From Candidatus Eiseniibacteriota bacterium (GTDB taxonomy: Bacteria; Eisenbacteria; RBG-16-71-46; CAVPCR01): 64,000 nt of DNA. Below are positions 17,236-26,088 of the stretch, in pieces. The position numbers and the translations under genes are program-made. Positions within the stretch are counted from its first letter, which is position 1; each line of letters begins with the position of its first letter. The stretch spans positions 960,001-1,024,000 of the forward strand of contig CAVPCR010000001.1 in NCBI GenBank assembly GCA_963702435.1, in the 5' to 3' direction. The notes under the pieces are model-generated. The model did not search any database. It worked only from the letters and a program-made list of their open reading frames with translations, and was not told the origin of the DNA.

Positions 17236-19062
17236 CGCGCGCCCGCCGCGGCCGGCGGTGCGCACGACGGCGACGAGGACCAGGGCGCCGGCGGCGAGGG
17301 CGAAGGCCGGCGGCACGCCGAGCGCGGCGGGCACGAAACCGAGAAGGAGCGCCGCGGCAAAGGCGAGGAGCCCGTAGGGGAGCTGCGTGCGCACGTGATC
17401 GAGATGATCCGCGGCGCTCGCCGCGCTCGCCGCGAGCGCGCTCGGAGCGAGCGGCGAGAGGTGCGTGCCGGCGGCGACCCCCTGGAGCGCCGCGGCGGCC
17501 GCCAGGGCCCCGCCCGCTGTCGCGAACGGAAGCACGATCGCGAGCGCGCCGAAGGCGCTGCCGAGGGCGAAGGCGATTGCCGCCGCGACGAGGAAGAGGA
17601 GCGGCGCGAGGAGGGCGCCCGCGCCGGCGAGCGGCAGCATGGCGAGGAGCACATCGGCCGCGCCGAGATCGCGCGCGGTGGTCCCCACGATCCCGGCGAG
17701 GACGAACGCGGCAAGCGCGGGGAGCGCGCCGCCGACTCCGCGGAGACTCGCGACGACGATCGCACGGAGGCCGAGGAGCGCCTGGACGAGCGCGAGGAGC
17801 ACGGCCGCGACCCAGGCCGCGGTCGCTCCGAGGAGGAGCGTGCGACCGCCGCCCGCCACCACCACCAGGACGAGCACCGCCAGCGGGAGCAGGGCGTTCA
17901 GCGCGCGCCACGGCGCCGCGAGCCACGGCGCCGCGAGCCACGGCGCCGCGTCGCGCGGATCCGCCGCGCGATCCACCGCCGCCGCCGGATCCGCGAGCGG
18001 CTGCACGAGCGGCAGGGCGCCCCCACGCAGCAGCCCCTCCCCGCCGGACACGCGCCGCGCCGCGTCCCGCATGGGTCCGAGCTCGCGCCCGAGGACGATG
18101 GTCGCGGCGAGCACGACGAGCGCGAACCAGGAGTAGAAGCAGGCGGTGAACGCGGCGCCGGTCGCCCCCGCCAGCGCGAGCGCCGCGACCGGGGCTGCGG
18201 TCGCGTCGGCGATGTACGCGAGCTTCTCGCGCGCCACGCGACAGCGATCGGCGAGCGGGCGCATGGCGAGCCCGGTCGCGAGCGCGCTCGTCACCGCATC
18301 GAGGAACAGCGCACCGCCGAGCAGCGCCGCGGCCAGCTGCGCGCTCCGCGCGCCGCGCGCGCGACGGGCGAGCGCGGCACCGAGCGCTGCCCAGCCGCCG
18401 GAGCGGGCGACCACGCCCGCCATCGCCGCCGCCATCGCCATGGCGAGCAGGAGATCGCGGCCGCCTGCGCCTCTTCCATCGGCCCCGCCGAAAACTGCGC
18501 TCACGAGCGATATTCCACTCAAGAGGAGACCGGCTGCCGCCCCGGCGCCAAGGGCGAGGAGGAGCCGCCCGCCGGCGAGCGCGAGCCCGATCGCCACGAG
18601 CGGCGGGAGGAGCGCGCTCCGGCGCGCATGCGGCGCCGCGAGCACGCTCCGCGCCGCACCGGCGCCGGACGCGCGCCAGATGGCGATGCTCCGCGTCGAG
18701 TCGTCCCCGGCATGGAAGACGATCGAGAGCGGGGGCGGAACCCCCGGCGTCTCGATCCAGGTGACGGCCTTCCCGTGGCGCGACTCGAAGGCAGCCAGCC
18801 GCCCGTCGATCGCCGCGCGCAGGTGGGGCGAGTCCGTCATCGTCTCCGGGCGCAGGACGACGGACCCCGCGAGGAGGATGACCGGCAGCGACTCGAGCGC
18901 CGCATAGCCCGGCTGCGCCGTTGCCCACTCGAGCTGCCGGTCGAGAAGCGGCGCCACGGCGCGCGCGGAGAGCACGCGCTCGTCGAGCGGCAGGAGCGCT
19001 CCCGCCGCCCCGAGGACGGCGAGCACGAGAAGACCGATCACGATCCGGCGACGGCGCGACAC
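17230..19062 (-). CDS. Divergent NhaC-family (Na+/H+ antiporter-like) membrane protein with extracellular N-terminal domain
   Basis: REKLAYIADATAAPVA and DHLDHVRTQLPY family motifs, many TM segments, GGAGG RBS before GTG. Confidence 0.7.
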   Translation of the reverse strand: MSRRRRIVIGLLVLAVLGAAGALLPLDERVLSARAVAPLLDRQLEWATAQPGYAALESLPVILLAGSVVLRPETMTDSPHLRAAIDGRLAAFESRHGKAVTWIETPGVPPPLSIVFHAGDDSTRSIAIWRASGAGAARSVLAAPHARRSALLPPLVAIGLALAGGRLLLALGAGAAAGLLLSGISLVSAVFGGADGRGAGGRDLLLAMAMAAAMAGVVARSGGWAALGAALARRARGARSAQLAAALLGGALFLDAVTSALATGLAMRPLADRCRVAREKLAYIADATAAPVAALALAGATGAAFTACFYSWFALVVLAATIVLGRELGPMRDAARRVSGGEGLLRGGALPLVQPLADPAAAVDRAADPRDAAPWLAAPWLAAPWRALNALLPLAVLVLVVVAGGGRTLLLGATAAWVAAVLLALVQALLGLRAIVVASLRGVGGALPALAAFVLAGIVGTTARDLGAADVLLAMLPLAGAGALLAPLLFLVAAAIAFALGSAFGALAIVLPFATAGGALAAAAALQGVAAGTHLSPLAPSALAASAASAADHLDHVRTQLPYGLLAFAAALLLGFVPAALGVPPAFALAAGALVLVAVVRTAGRGGRAC

Positions 19063-19289
19063 GAGATCCCTCCGGAGTGGGCCGGCAGTCTAGCACTCAG
19101 CGCGGGCCGGACCCGGCGGGACCGGGCTTTCCCCTTGCGTCTCTCATGGGAAAGTGCACAATTCTGGGCATGCGGAGCGTTCCGGGCAACCCGGGTACCC
19201 GGTGCGCAATGCTCCTCCGCGCTCGGCCTCGGCGAGGCCGCGCGCGGGCGAGCACCAACCAGGGGTGAGGTTTCGGAGGAGGAGACAGG

Positions 19290-20519
19290 TTGCCCACGCT
19301 CCGAGCACTCGCCGCGATCGGCGTCACGCTGGCGATCGCGATCGGGCTCACGCTGACGACGCCAGGCCTATCCCGCGGGGAAGAGCCACCCGCCATCGCC
19401 TTCAGCCCTCCCAACTCGCTCACCGCCGCCGACGAGCCCGACGACAACGGCCACGCGATCCGCCTCCGCTTCAGTCCCTCCCCCGACGACGCGCAGATCC
19501 TCGCCTACGAAGTGTGGATGGCACAGGCCGCCGCTGCCCCCGACAGCGAATGGACGGAGGTCGGCAGCGTGCCGCGCGGGACCACGACCTATACCCACAA
19601 GGCGGAGGAGGCGTCGCTCGAGGGCCGGCCCAACCCGAGTTACGTGCCGGTCGGCGAGCCCCGCCACTTCCGGGTCCGCGGGCGGGCGGCCGACGGGCGG
19701 GTGTCGGCCTGGAGCAGTGCGGCGACCGGCACGGCCGCCGGCAACTGGTTCCACAAGGGCAAGCTCAACATCCTCCTCGCCGTCGTCCTGTTCGCGATCG
19801 CGACGGTCGGCTACATCAACTCGGGCAAGAGCGGCAAGAAGCTCTTCATCCGCCCGATTCCGGGCATCTCGGCGGTGGACGAGGCCATCGGCCGCGCGAC
19901 CGAGATGGGCCGTCCGATCCTCTTCGTGCTCGGCACCGGCACCGCCGGCGACATCGCGACCATCGCCGGCTACACGATCCTCGCCCGCGTCGCGCGCCGC
20001 ACCGCCGAGTACCAGACGCCGATCCTGGTCCCGGTCAACGATCCGGTCATGATGGCGATGGCGCAGGAGACCGTGCGCGAGGCATACCTCCAGGCCGGCC
20101 GCCCCGACCTCTACCGCCCGGAGAACATCTTCTACATCTCGGCCATGCAGTTCCCGTACGTGGCGGCGGTGAACGGGCTCATGCTTCGCGAGCGGACTGC
20201 GACCAACTTCTACATGGGCGTCTTCCACGCCGAGAGCCTGCTTCTCGCCGAGGCCGGCAGCATCACCGGCTCGATCCAGATCTCGGGCACCGATCAGGTG
20301 TCGCAGATCCCGTTCTTCGTCGCCGCCACCGACTACACTCTGATCGGCGAGGAGCTCTACGCCGCGTCCGCCTATCTGTCGCAGGATCCCGTGCTCCTCG
20401 GGCCGCTCAAGGCGCAGGACCTGGCCAAGATCGTGATCCTCGCCCTCCTCGTGCTCGGGGTGGCCACCTACACGTTCCTCGGGTCCAACTGGTTCGCGCG
20501 TCTCATCCACGCGGTATGA
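19290..20519 (+). CDS. FN3-like domain + DUF6754-type membrane protein (module copy 1, gene A)
   Basis: Strong RBS and TTG start, signal peptide, FN3-like region. Motifs IRPIPGISAVDEAIGRATEMGRP, HAESLLLAE and PFFVAATDYTLIGEELYAASAYL. Confidence 0.8.
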   Translation: MPTLRALAAIGVTLAIAIGLTLTTPGLSRGEEPPAIAFSPPNSLTAADEPDDNGHAIRLRFSPSPDDAQILAYEVWMAQAAAAPDSEWTEVGSVPRGTTTYTHKAEEASLEGRPNPSYVPVGEPRHFRVRGRAADGRVSAWSSAATGTAAGNWFHKGKLNILLAVVLFAIATVGYINSGKSGKKLFIRPIPGISAVDEAIGRATEMGRPILFVLGTGTAGDIATIAGYTILARVARRTAEYQTPILVPVNDPVMMAMAQETVREAYLQAGRPDLYRPENIFYISAMQFPYVAAVNGLMLRERTATNFYMGVFHAESLLLAEAGSITGSIQISGTDQVSQIPFFVAATDYTLIGEELYAASAYLSQDPVLLGPLKAQDLAKIVILALLVLGVATYTFLGSNWFARLIHAV

Positions 20520-20544
20520 GCTCGCCGGCGCGCAAGGTGACAGG

Positions 20545-21168
20545 ATGAAGAAACAGCTCCCGCTCCTCCTCGTCCTCATCTCCGGACTCGTCATGGTGAT
20601 CCAGTACTTCGTACCGCACCCGGTCTCGGAGTTCGTGTTCACCTATGCCAACGACTTCGTGATCGTGATCGGGATCCTGGCCCTGCCGATCGGCATCTTC
20701 TCCCTGCTCCGGAACACGTGGGCCAAGGGCAGGCACGACCGGAAGGAGCGCATCTACTCGATGGCCACCTTCTTCGGCTTCGCCCTCATGGTCATCGCCG
20801 GGGCCCGGCGCGAGAGCCTCGAGTCGGGGACCCTCTACATGCAGCTCTTCCAGTACATCCTGGTCCCCGCCCAGGCCACGCTCTTCTCGATGCTCGCCTT
20901 CTACATCGCAAGCGCCGCCTACCGCGCCTTCCGCGTGCGCACGGTGCTCGCGGCGATCCTGCTCGTCACCGCCTTCGTGGTCATGCTCCGGCTCATCCCG
21001 CTGCCGGAACCGCTCTCGACGTGGAACGCGGAACTCGTGCGCTGGATCCTCGCCGTGCCCAACATGGCGGCCAAGCGCGCCATCATCATCGGAGTGGCGC
21101 TCGGCGCGATCAGCTACAGCATGAAGATCCTGCTCGGCATCGAGAGCTCGTACATGGGCCGCGACTAG
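20545..21168 (+). CDS. Uncharacterised multi-pass membrane protein (module copy 1, gene B)
   Basis: About 6 TMs. PAQATLFSMLAFYIASAAYRAFR and WILAVPNMAAKRAIIIGVALG are shared with 32318-32980. Confidence 0.8.
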   Translation: MKKQLPLLLVLISGLVMVIQYFVPHPVSEFVFTYANDFVIVIGILALPIGIFSLLRNTWAKGRHDRKERIYSMATFFGFALMVIAGARRESLESGTLYMQLFQYILVPAQATLFSMLAFYIASAAYRAFRVRTVLAAILLVTAFVVMLRLIPLPEPLSTWNAELVRWILAVPNMAAKRAIIIGVALGAISYSMKILLGIESSYMGRD

Positions 21169-21181
21169 GCGCGGGGAGGAG

Positions 21182-22051
21182 ATGGCGACCATGGAAACGC
21201 GACCCGTAGCCACCCGCTGGTACGACCGGCTCCTGTCGGTCGACCGCCGCTGGATCTACCTGATCCTGGCGGTCGCGGTGCTCCTCCCGACCGTCATCCC
21301 GTTCAGCGTCCCGACCGGCATCTCGAACGAGGTACGGAGCGTCTACAACTTCATCGAGGAGCTCCAGCCGGGGGACAACCTCTTCCTCGCGATCGATTAC
21401 GACCCCTCGACGCTTGCCGAGCTCCACCCGATGACCGAGGCCATCCTTCGCCAGGCCTTCCAGCGCGATGCGCGGGTCGTGGTCACGGCGCTCTCCCAGT
21501 TCGGGCCGGCGATGGCCGAAGAGCTGATCGCGCGCGTGGCCCAGGAGGAAGGGAAGCAGCGGAACATCGACTACACCTTCCTCGGCTACAAGCCCTACCC
21601 CGGCATCACCATCCTGGCCATGGGATCCGACTTCCGCGTGCCGTTTCCGACCGACTACTACGGCACGCCGGTCGACTCGATTCCCATGATGCAGGACATC
21701 CACAACTATAGAAATGTGAAGGCGGTGATCTCTTTTGCCGGCGGCAGCGTGGCCGAGATGTGGATCCAGTACGGGAACGCGAAGTACGGGGTCCCCCTCG
21801 CGCTCGGGGTCACCGGCGTCATGGCCTCCGACTACTATCCGTACCTCCAGTCGCGGCAGATCTTCGGGCTCATCCCGGGGATGAAGGGCGCGGCCGAGTA
21901 CGAGATGCTCGTCGGTCGGCGCGGGCAGGGGTCGCGCGGCATGCCGTACCAGATGTCTACCCACCTCGTGATCCTGGTGTTCATGGTGATCACGAACATC
22001 GCATACGTGGCGCAGCGGCGGGCCCGCAAGCGGGCTGCGGGGGCGAGGTAG
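21182..22051 (+). CDS. Uncharacterised TM-soluble-TM protein (module copy 1, gene C)
   Basis: DRRWIYL, DYDPSTLAELHPM, DYTFLGY and GMKGAAEYE are shared with 31404-32321. Confidence 0.8.
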   Translation: MATMETRPVATRWYDRLLSVDRRWIYLILAVAVLLPTVIPFSVPTGISNEVRSVYNFIEELQPGDNLFLAIDYDPSTLAELHPMTEAILRQAFQRDARVVVTALSQFGPAMAEELIARVAQEEGKQRNIDYTFLGYKPYPGITILAMGSDFRVPFPTDYYGTPVDSIPMMQDIHNYRNVKAVISFAGGSVAEMWIQYGNAKYGVPLALGVTGVMASDYYPYLQSRQIFGLIPGMKGAAEYEMLVGRRGQGSRGMPYQMSTHLVILVFMVITNIAYVAQRRARKRAAGAR

Positions 22052-22055
22052 AACG

Positions 22056-22691
22056 ATGGAAGTCACCTGGACCACCCTGGCCTGGCAAACGCTGGCCGCA
22101 TTCGCCACGCTCGCCATCTTCTCGTTCCTGATCGGCGACAACCCGCTCTACAAGTTCGTCGAGCGACTGTGGGTCGGCGTGACCACCGGCTACTGGACCA
22201 TGTTGCTCTTCTGGACCAGCTTCTGGGACAAGGTGTGGGTGCCGGTCGGGCAGCAGCACCAGTGGCACTACCTGATCCCGGTGGCGCTCGGCGTGCTCAT
22301 GTGGTTCCGCCTGTCGCCGCGGCGCGGCTGGCTCTCCCGCTATGCCCTCGCCTTCTACATCGGGATCTCGACCGGCGTGTTCATCCCGCTCGCCTTCAAG
22401 ACCGGCGTCTTCCTGCAGGTGGAGGGCACCATCCGCCCGGTGACGGCGGACCTGGTGGGGCTCAACTTCTTCCTGGCCCTCCTCGGACTCATCTGTTCCC
22501 TCTCCTACTTCTTCTTCTCGAAGCATCACACCGGGCTCCTCGGTGTGACCTCGCGAATCGGCATCATCACCCTGATGGTCGGCTTCGGCGCCGGATTCGG
22601 CTTGACCGTCATGGGCCGCGTCGCGCTCCTCGTCCAGCGCGTGATCTTCCTGCGCGACTACGCGACGAACCTGGTCGGGAAGCTCTTCTAG
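22056..22691 (+). CDS. Uncharacterised multi-pass membrane protein (module copy 1, gene D)
   Basis: TLAIFSFL...NPLYKFVE...VGVTTGY, YFFFS and LMVGFGAGFGLTVMGR are shared with 30743-31372. Confidence 0.8.
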   Translation: MEVTWTTLAWQTLAAFATLAIFSFLIGDNPLYKFVERLWVGVTTGYWTMLLFWTSFWDKVWVPVGQQHQWHYLIPVALGVLMWFRLSPRRGWLSRYALAFYIGISTGVFIPLAFKTGVFLQVEGTIRPVTADLVGLNFFLALLGLICSLSYFFFSKHHTGLLGVTSRIGIITLMVGFGAGFGLTVMGRVALLVQRVIFLRDYATNLVGKLF

Positions 22692-22715
22692 CACCCGGGC
22701 GGAACCGGCGCCGCA

Positions 22716-23774
22716 CTACGCGGCGTCGGTGTCGAGCGCGAGGCTCGCCCGCGGCGGGGTCCACGGGAGCGCGAAGGCGAAGGTCGAGCCCTCCCCGGGC
22801 TGGCTCTCCACCCACACGTTGCCGCCGTGGAGCTCGACGAAGCTCTTCACGAGGTAGAGCCCGAGCCCGAGGCTCTTGGCGCCGCGCCGCACCGAACCCG
22901 AGTGGAAGATCTCGAAGATCTGGTCCACCTCCTCGGGACGGATGCCGGAGCCGGTGTCGGTCACCGCCACCTCGATTCCTTCAGCGGCGGCGCCCAGGCG
23001 CACGATGATCACGCCTCCCGGCTCGGTGAACTTGACCGCGTTCGAGAGCAGATTGAGCACGCACTGCCGGATCTTGGTCGGATCGAGCACGACCGGGCCG
23101 AGATCGGCGAGCTGGCGCTCGATGCGGAGCCCGCGCTCGGCCGCCGGGAGCTGCACCACGTCGCAGGCCGAGGCCACGAGCTCGCTGACGCGAATCGGCT
23201 CCGCTTCGAGCGTGAGACGGCCGCTCTGCAGCCGCGCGAAATCGAACAGCTCGTCCACCAGTCCCATCATCGCCTTGCACTGCTGGTGGAGCGCCTGACA
23301 GAGGGAGCGGCGCTCGTCATCCGAGATCGTGTCGTAGTACTCGGCCAGCACCTCGGCGTAAGAGACGATGCCGGAGAGCGGGGTCCGGAGTTCGTGCGTG
23401 GCGGTGGCGAGGAAGATCTCCGACTGCCGGTGATGCTCGATGAGCTTGCGGTTGGCCCGCTCGAGGGCCTCGACCCGGCTCTCGTTCCGGGGCTCCCGCT
23501 CACGGTCTCCCCGCTCACGGTCTTCCCGCTCGGGGTCTTCCCGCTCGGGGTCTTCGCGCCCGGCGTCGTCGCGGCGGGCGTCGTCGCGCCCGGCGTCCTC
23601 GCGGCGGGCGCGCTCGGCACGCCCGCTCTCCGCGGTCTTGCCGGGCGCCGCACCTTGGCTTCCCCGGATCCTGGCGGGCCGCGCGCGTTCGGCCGGGCGG
23701 CTCCGGTGACGGAGCGCAAAGAAGAGGCCGATCCCCACCAGCGCGGCGGCGGCGAGGATCACGGCGATCAACAT
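22716..23774 (-). CDS. Membrane-anchored sensor histidine kinase (HisKA + HATPase_c)
   Basis: H-box THELRTPL, NLLSNAVKFT, DTGSGI and GLGLYL. One N-terminal TM. Start is uncertain (23774 or 23912). Confidence 0.85.
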   Translation of the reverse strand: MLIAVILAAAALVGIGLFFALRHRSRPAERARPARIRGSQGAAPGKTAESGRAERARREDAGRDDARRDDAGREDPEREDPEREDRERGDREREPRNESRVEALERANRKLIEHHRQSEIFLATATHELRTPLSGIVSYAEVLAEYYDTISDDERRSLCQALHQQCKAMMGLVDELFDFARLQSGRLTLEAEPIRVSELVASACDVVQLPAAERGLRIERQLADLGPVVLDPTKIRQCVLNLLSNAVKFTEPGGVIIVRLGAAAEGIEVAVTDTGSGIRPEEVDQIFEIFHSGSVRRGAKSLGLGLYLVKSFVELHGGNVWVESQPGEGSTFAFALPWTPPRASLALDTDAA

Positions 23775-24132
23775 GTCGGCGGGCAGATTCAATGGTGCGC
23801 GGTATGACCTGATGGCGCCCGCGAGGCGCGCGGCAAACTGCGGCCGGGTCTCGCCAGGCGCCGGGGTTCGGGACCGAGCGTAACCGGCTGTCTCCAGGTC
23901 GTATCGGCGCATTGCCCGGTCATCCTGAACCGGAGCGTCGCCGGCGCCGTCCCGCCGCCCTCGGCCCGGGCCGCCTTGATCCAGTGCGCACGCCCCGGGT
24001 ACCACACTTGTTGCGGTTTGCGAGCGCGCGCGCATCTTGCACGCCGGTCCGGGCGGCGTGGGAACTCCTGCCTGTCTGCTCCCGGCGGCGCGGATTCGAC
24101 ACCTGATGGCCGGAGCGCGGCCCCGCGCAGAC

Positions 24133-24148
24133 TGGCCCCGGGCTTGCT
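24133..24148 (+). promoter_or_regulatory. Putative sigma54 (-24/-12) promoter of the Flp pilin
   Basis: TGGCCCCgggcTTGCT with exact GG-N10-GC spacing. Confidence 0.55.
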
Positions 24149-24253
24149 TGGGATGAGGGGCTTTCCGTCCCCACCCGGATTCCCGCGGCCGCCGTCCGTC
24201 TTGTGCGGAGCGGAACCGCTCGCACGCAGCCACGACCAACAGGCAGGTGTTCC

Positions 24254-24424
24254 ATGTTCGCACAGCTTCGCCGTCTGGCCACCGACGACCGTGGCGCCGA
24301 CATGATCGAGTACGGGCTCATCGCGGCGATCATCTCGATCGCCGCCCTGGTCGCCCTGATGGCGATCGGACCGATCGTCGGCCAGCTCTGGGACCAGATC
24401 GCCGGGGCGATGCAGCAGGTCTGA
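24254..24424 (+). CDS. flp: Flp/Fap family type IVc pilin (56 aa)
   Basis: MFAQLRRLATDDRG|ADMIEYGLIAAIISIAALVAL: prepilin G cleavage site plus EY motif. Confidence 0.9.
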   Translation: MFAQLRRLATDDRGADMIEYGLIAAIISIAALVALMAIGPIVGQLWDQIAGAMQQV

Positions 24425-24540
24425 CCGCGACCCGGCGGCGGCCGGTCCGCGGGGAGCACCGGCGCAGCTCCGCCCGCAGGAGGCCTCGTTCCGATGACAG
24501 GACGTCGCACACCGCCGCGCGGCGCGCACGCAGTCACCGC

Positions 24541-24789
24541 CTACGCGTGCGTCTTCCGCACGTAGGCGACGACCACGTCCCCCTCCTCGGCCATGCCGAG
24601 GAGCTCGTGGTGCGCCATCCTGCACCAGGCGGGTAGATCCACGAGCACGCCCCGATCGTCGGCACGGATGAGGAGCACCTCGCCGACCGCCATCTCCTTC
24701 ACGGCCGCCGCCGTCTTGATGATGGGAACGGGGCAGAAGAGCCCGACCGCATCCAGCGTGCGCGCGGGCTCGGTGTCGGCGGGATGCAT
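24541..24789 (-). CDS. tusA: TusA/SirA-family sulfur carrier
   Basis: LDAVGLFCPVPII...DLPAWC. ATG 24789 overlaps the TGA of the frame-corrected upstream gene. Confidence 0.85.
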   Translation of the reverse strand: MHPADTEPARTLDAVGLFCPVPIIKTAAAVKEMAVGEVLLIRADDRGVLVDLPAWCRMAHHELLGMAEEGDVVVAYVRKTHA

Positions 24790-25854
24790 CACTGGATGCG
24801 GTAGCTGTCGAGCTCGCGGAGGCTCATGCCGGCGATGGCGACGATCTCCCTCTCCTCGCCGTCCCTGCGCGCGAAGATGCGCGTCGAGCCGTCCGCTGGG
24901 CAATCGGAGTAGCGCACCGTGATCTCGGCGAGCTTCGCCATCTCGGTCGCGTCCGGCTCGCCGTCCACCCAGGTGGTCGGGCCTGAGATGTCGGGTGTCG
25001 TCGAGGAGCCAGTGCCCGGCCCCGAAGTACGAGAGGAACTTGTTCTCGCCCTCCATGCGACCGACGATCGCGCGGACCCGCGGCGAGAGACGGAAATGGC
25101 GGCCGACCTTGAGGATCAGGAAGTCTTCGAGCTTCAACTCGCGCTGTCCGTCCCAGTGCGCCATGAAGTCGTGGAACTTCTTGGCGTAGTTATCGTCGGT
25201 CAGGAAGCAGCAGCCGCCGGCCGGCTGCGGGAACTCCTCGATCTCGAAGCTGGCGGCGAGCGCCATCTGGCCCGTGCGCGTGCGGCCGCGGATGGAGCCG
25301 AGGCGCTCGCGATCGACGAGCCCCGTCTTCTCCGGCTCGGTCGGCGGCAGGCACTGCGCCGAGAGCGGGCGGAGGAGCTTCCCCTTCAAGCCCGACTCGC
25401 GCTCGATCAAGTCGAGGATCGGGCGCATCTGGCTCATCGGCCGCTGTCCGAGCACCTCCCCGGTCGCCACGAAATCGGCGCCGATCCCTTCCATGATCTC
25501 GCGCGCCTTCCGGAGCATGAAGATGCGGCAGTCGATGCAGGGGTTGGCCGCAGAGCCGTAGCCATGCTTCGGTTTGGTGAGGATGTCGAGGTACTCCTTC
25601 GAGATGTCGACGATCTCGACCTCGACGTCGAGATCGGCGCCGGCGCGGAGCGCCTCGTTGCGGAGCTTCTTCAAGTCGTCCGTCTTTCGCACCTTGCGCG
25701 CGTGATCGGTGAGGCAGAAGCCGGTGTTGAAGTTGACCGCGTGCACCTCGACGCCCTGCTCCTTGAGCATGCGCACGGCGAGGGTCGAATCGAGGCCTCC
25801 TGAAAGGAGGACGACCGCCTTGGGCGGGCGCGGGGCGGCACCCGGAGGCAGCAC
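24789..25854 (-). CDS. MnmA/ThiI-like tRNA thiouridylase (PP-loop), with a +1 frameshift near 25002
   Basis: SGGLDS, NPCIDCRIFML, TGEVLGQRPMSQ, LLRPLSA, QPAGGCCFLTD and GRHFR motifs. The family-like C-terminus (GPTT...ITVRYSD...YRIQ*) is in another frame. The true start may be ATG 25879 with a second extra base. Confidence 0.75.
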
Positions 25855-26088
25855 GGGAGCGTGTTCAGCAGAACGCCATGACCTTGGAATCCTCGATGCA
25901 GTCGATCTCGCAGCGGCCGACCACGGGACGGAGCCCGGAACAGGCTCCCGGCCGACCCCGGAACGATACGTGGCGGCGGGCAATGAGGCAAGGGGGTCTG
26001 GCTCCGCTGAGCGCGCACGCGGCGAGCGACGGGGGCGCACAAAGAGACTACCACTGCGGGGCTCAGGCCCGGTAACGTTGGCGGTCCT

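Noticed and set aside
17219..19096. 1754-aa version of addB
   Set aside because: The N-terminal ~625 aa are Arg-rich off-frame translation over the NhaC-like gene. The start at 17218 has its own -10 element.
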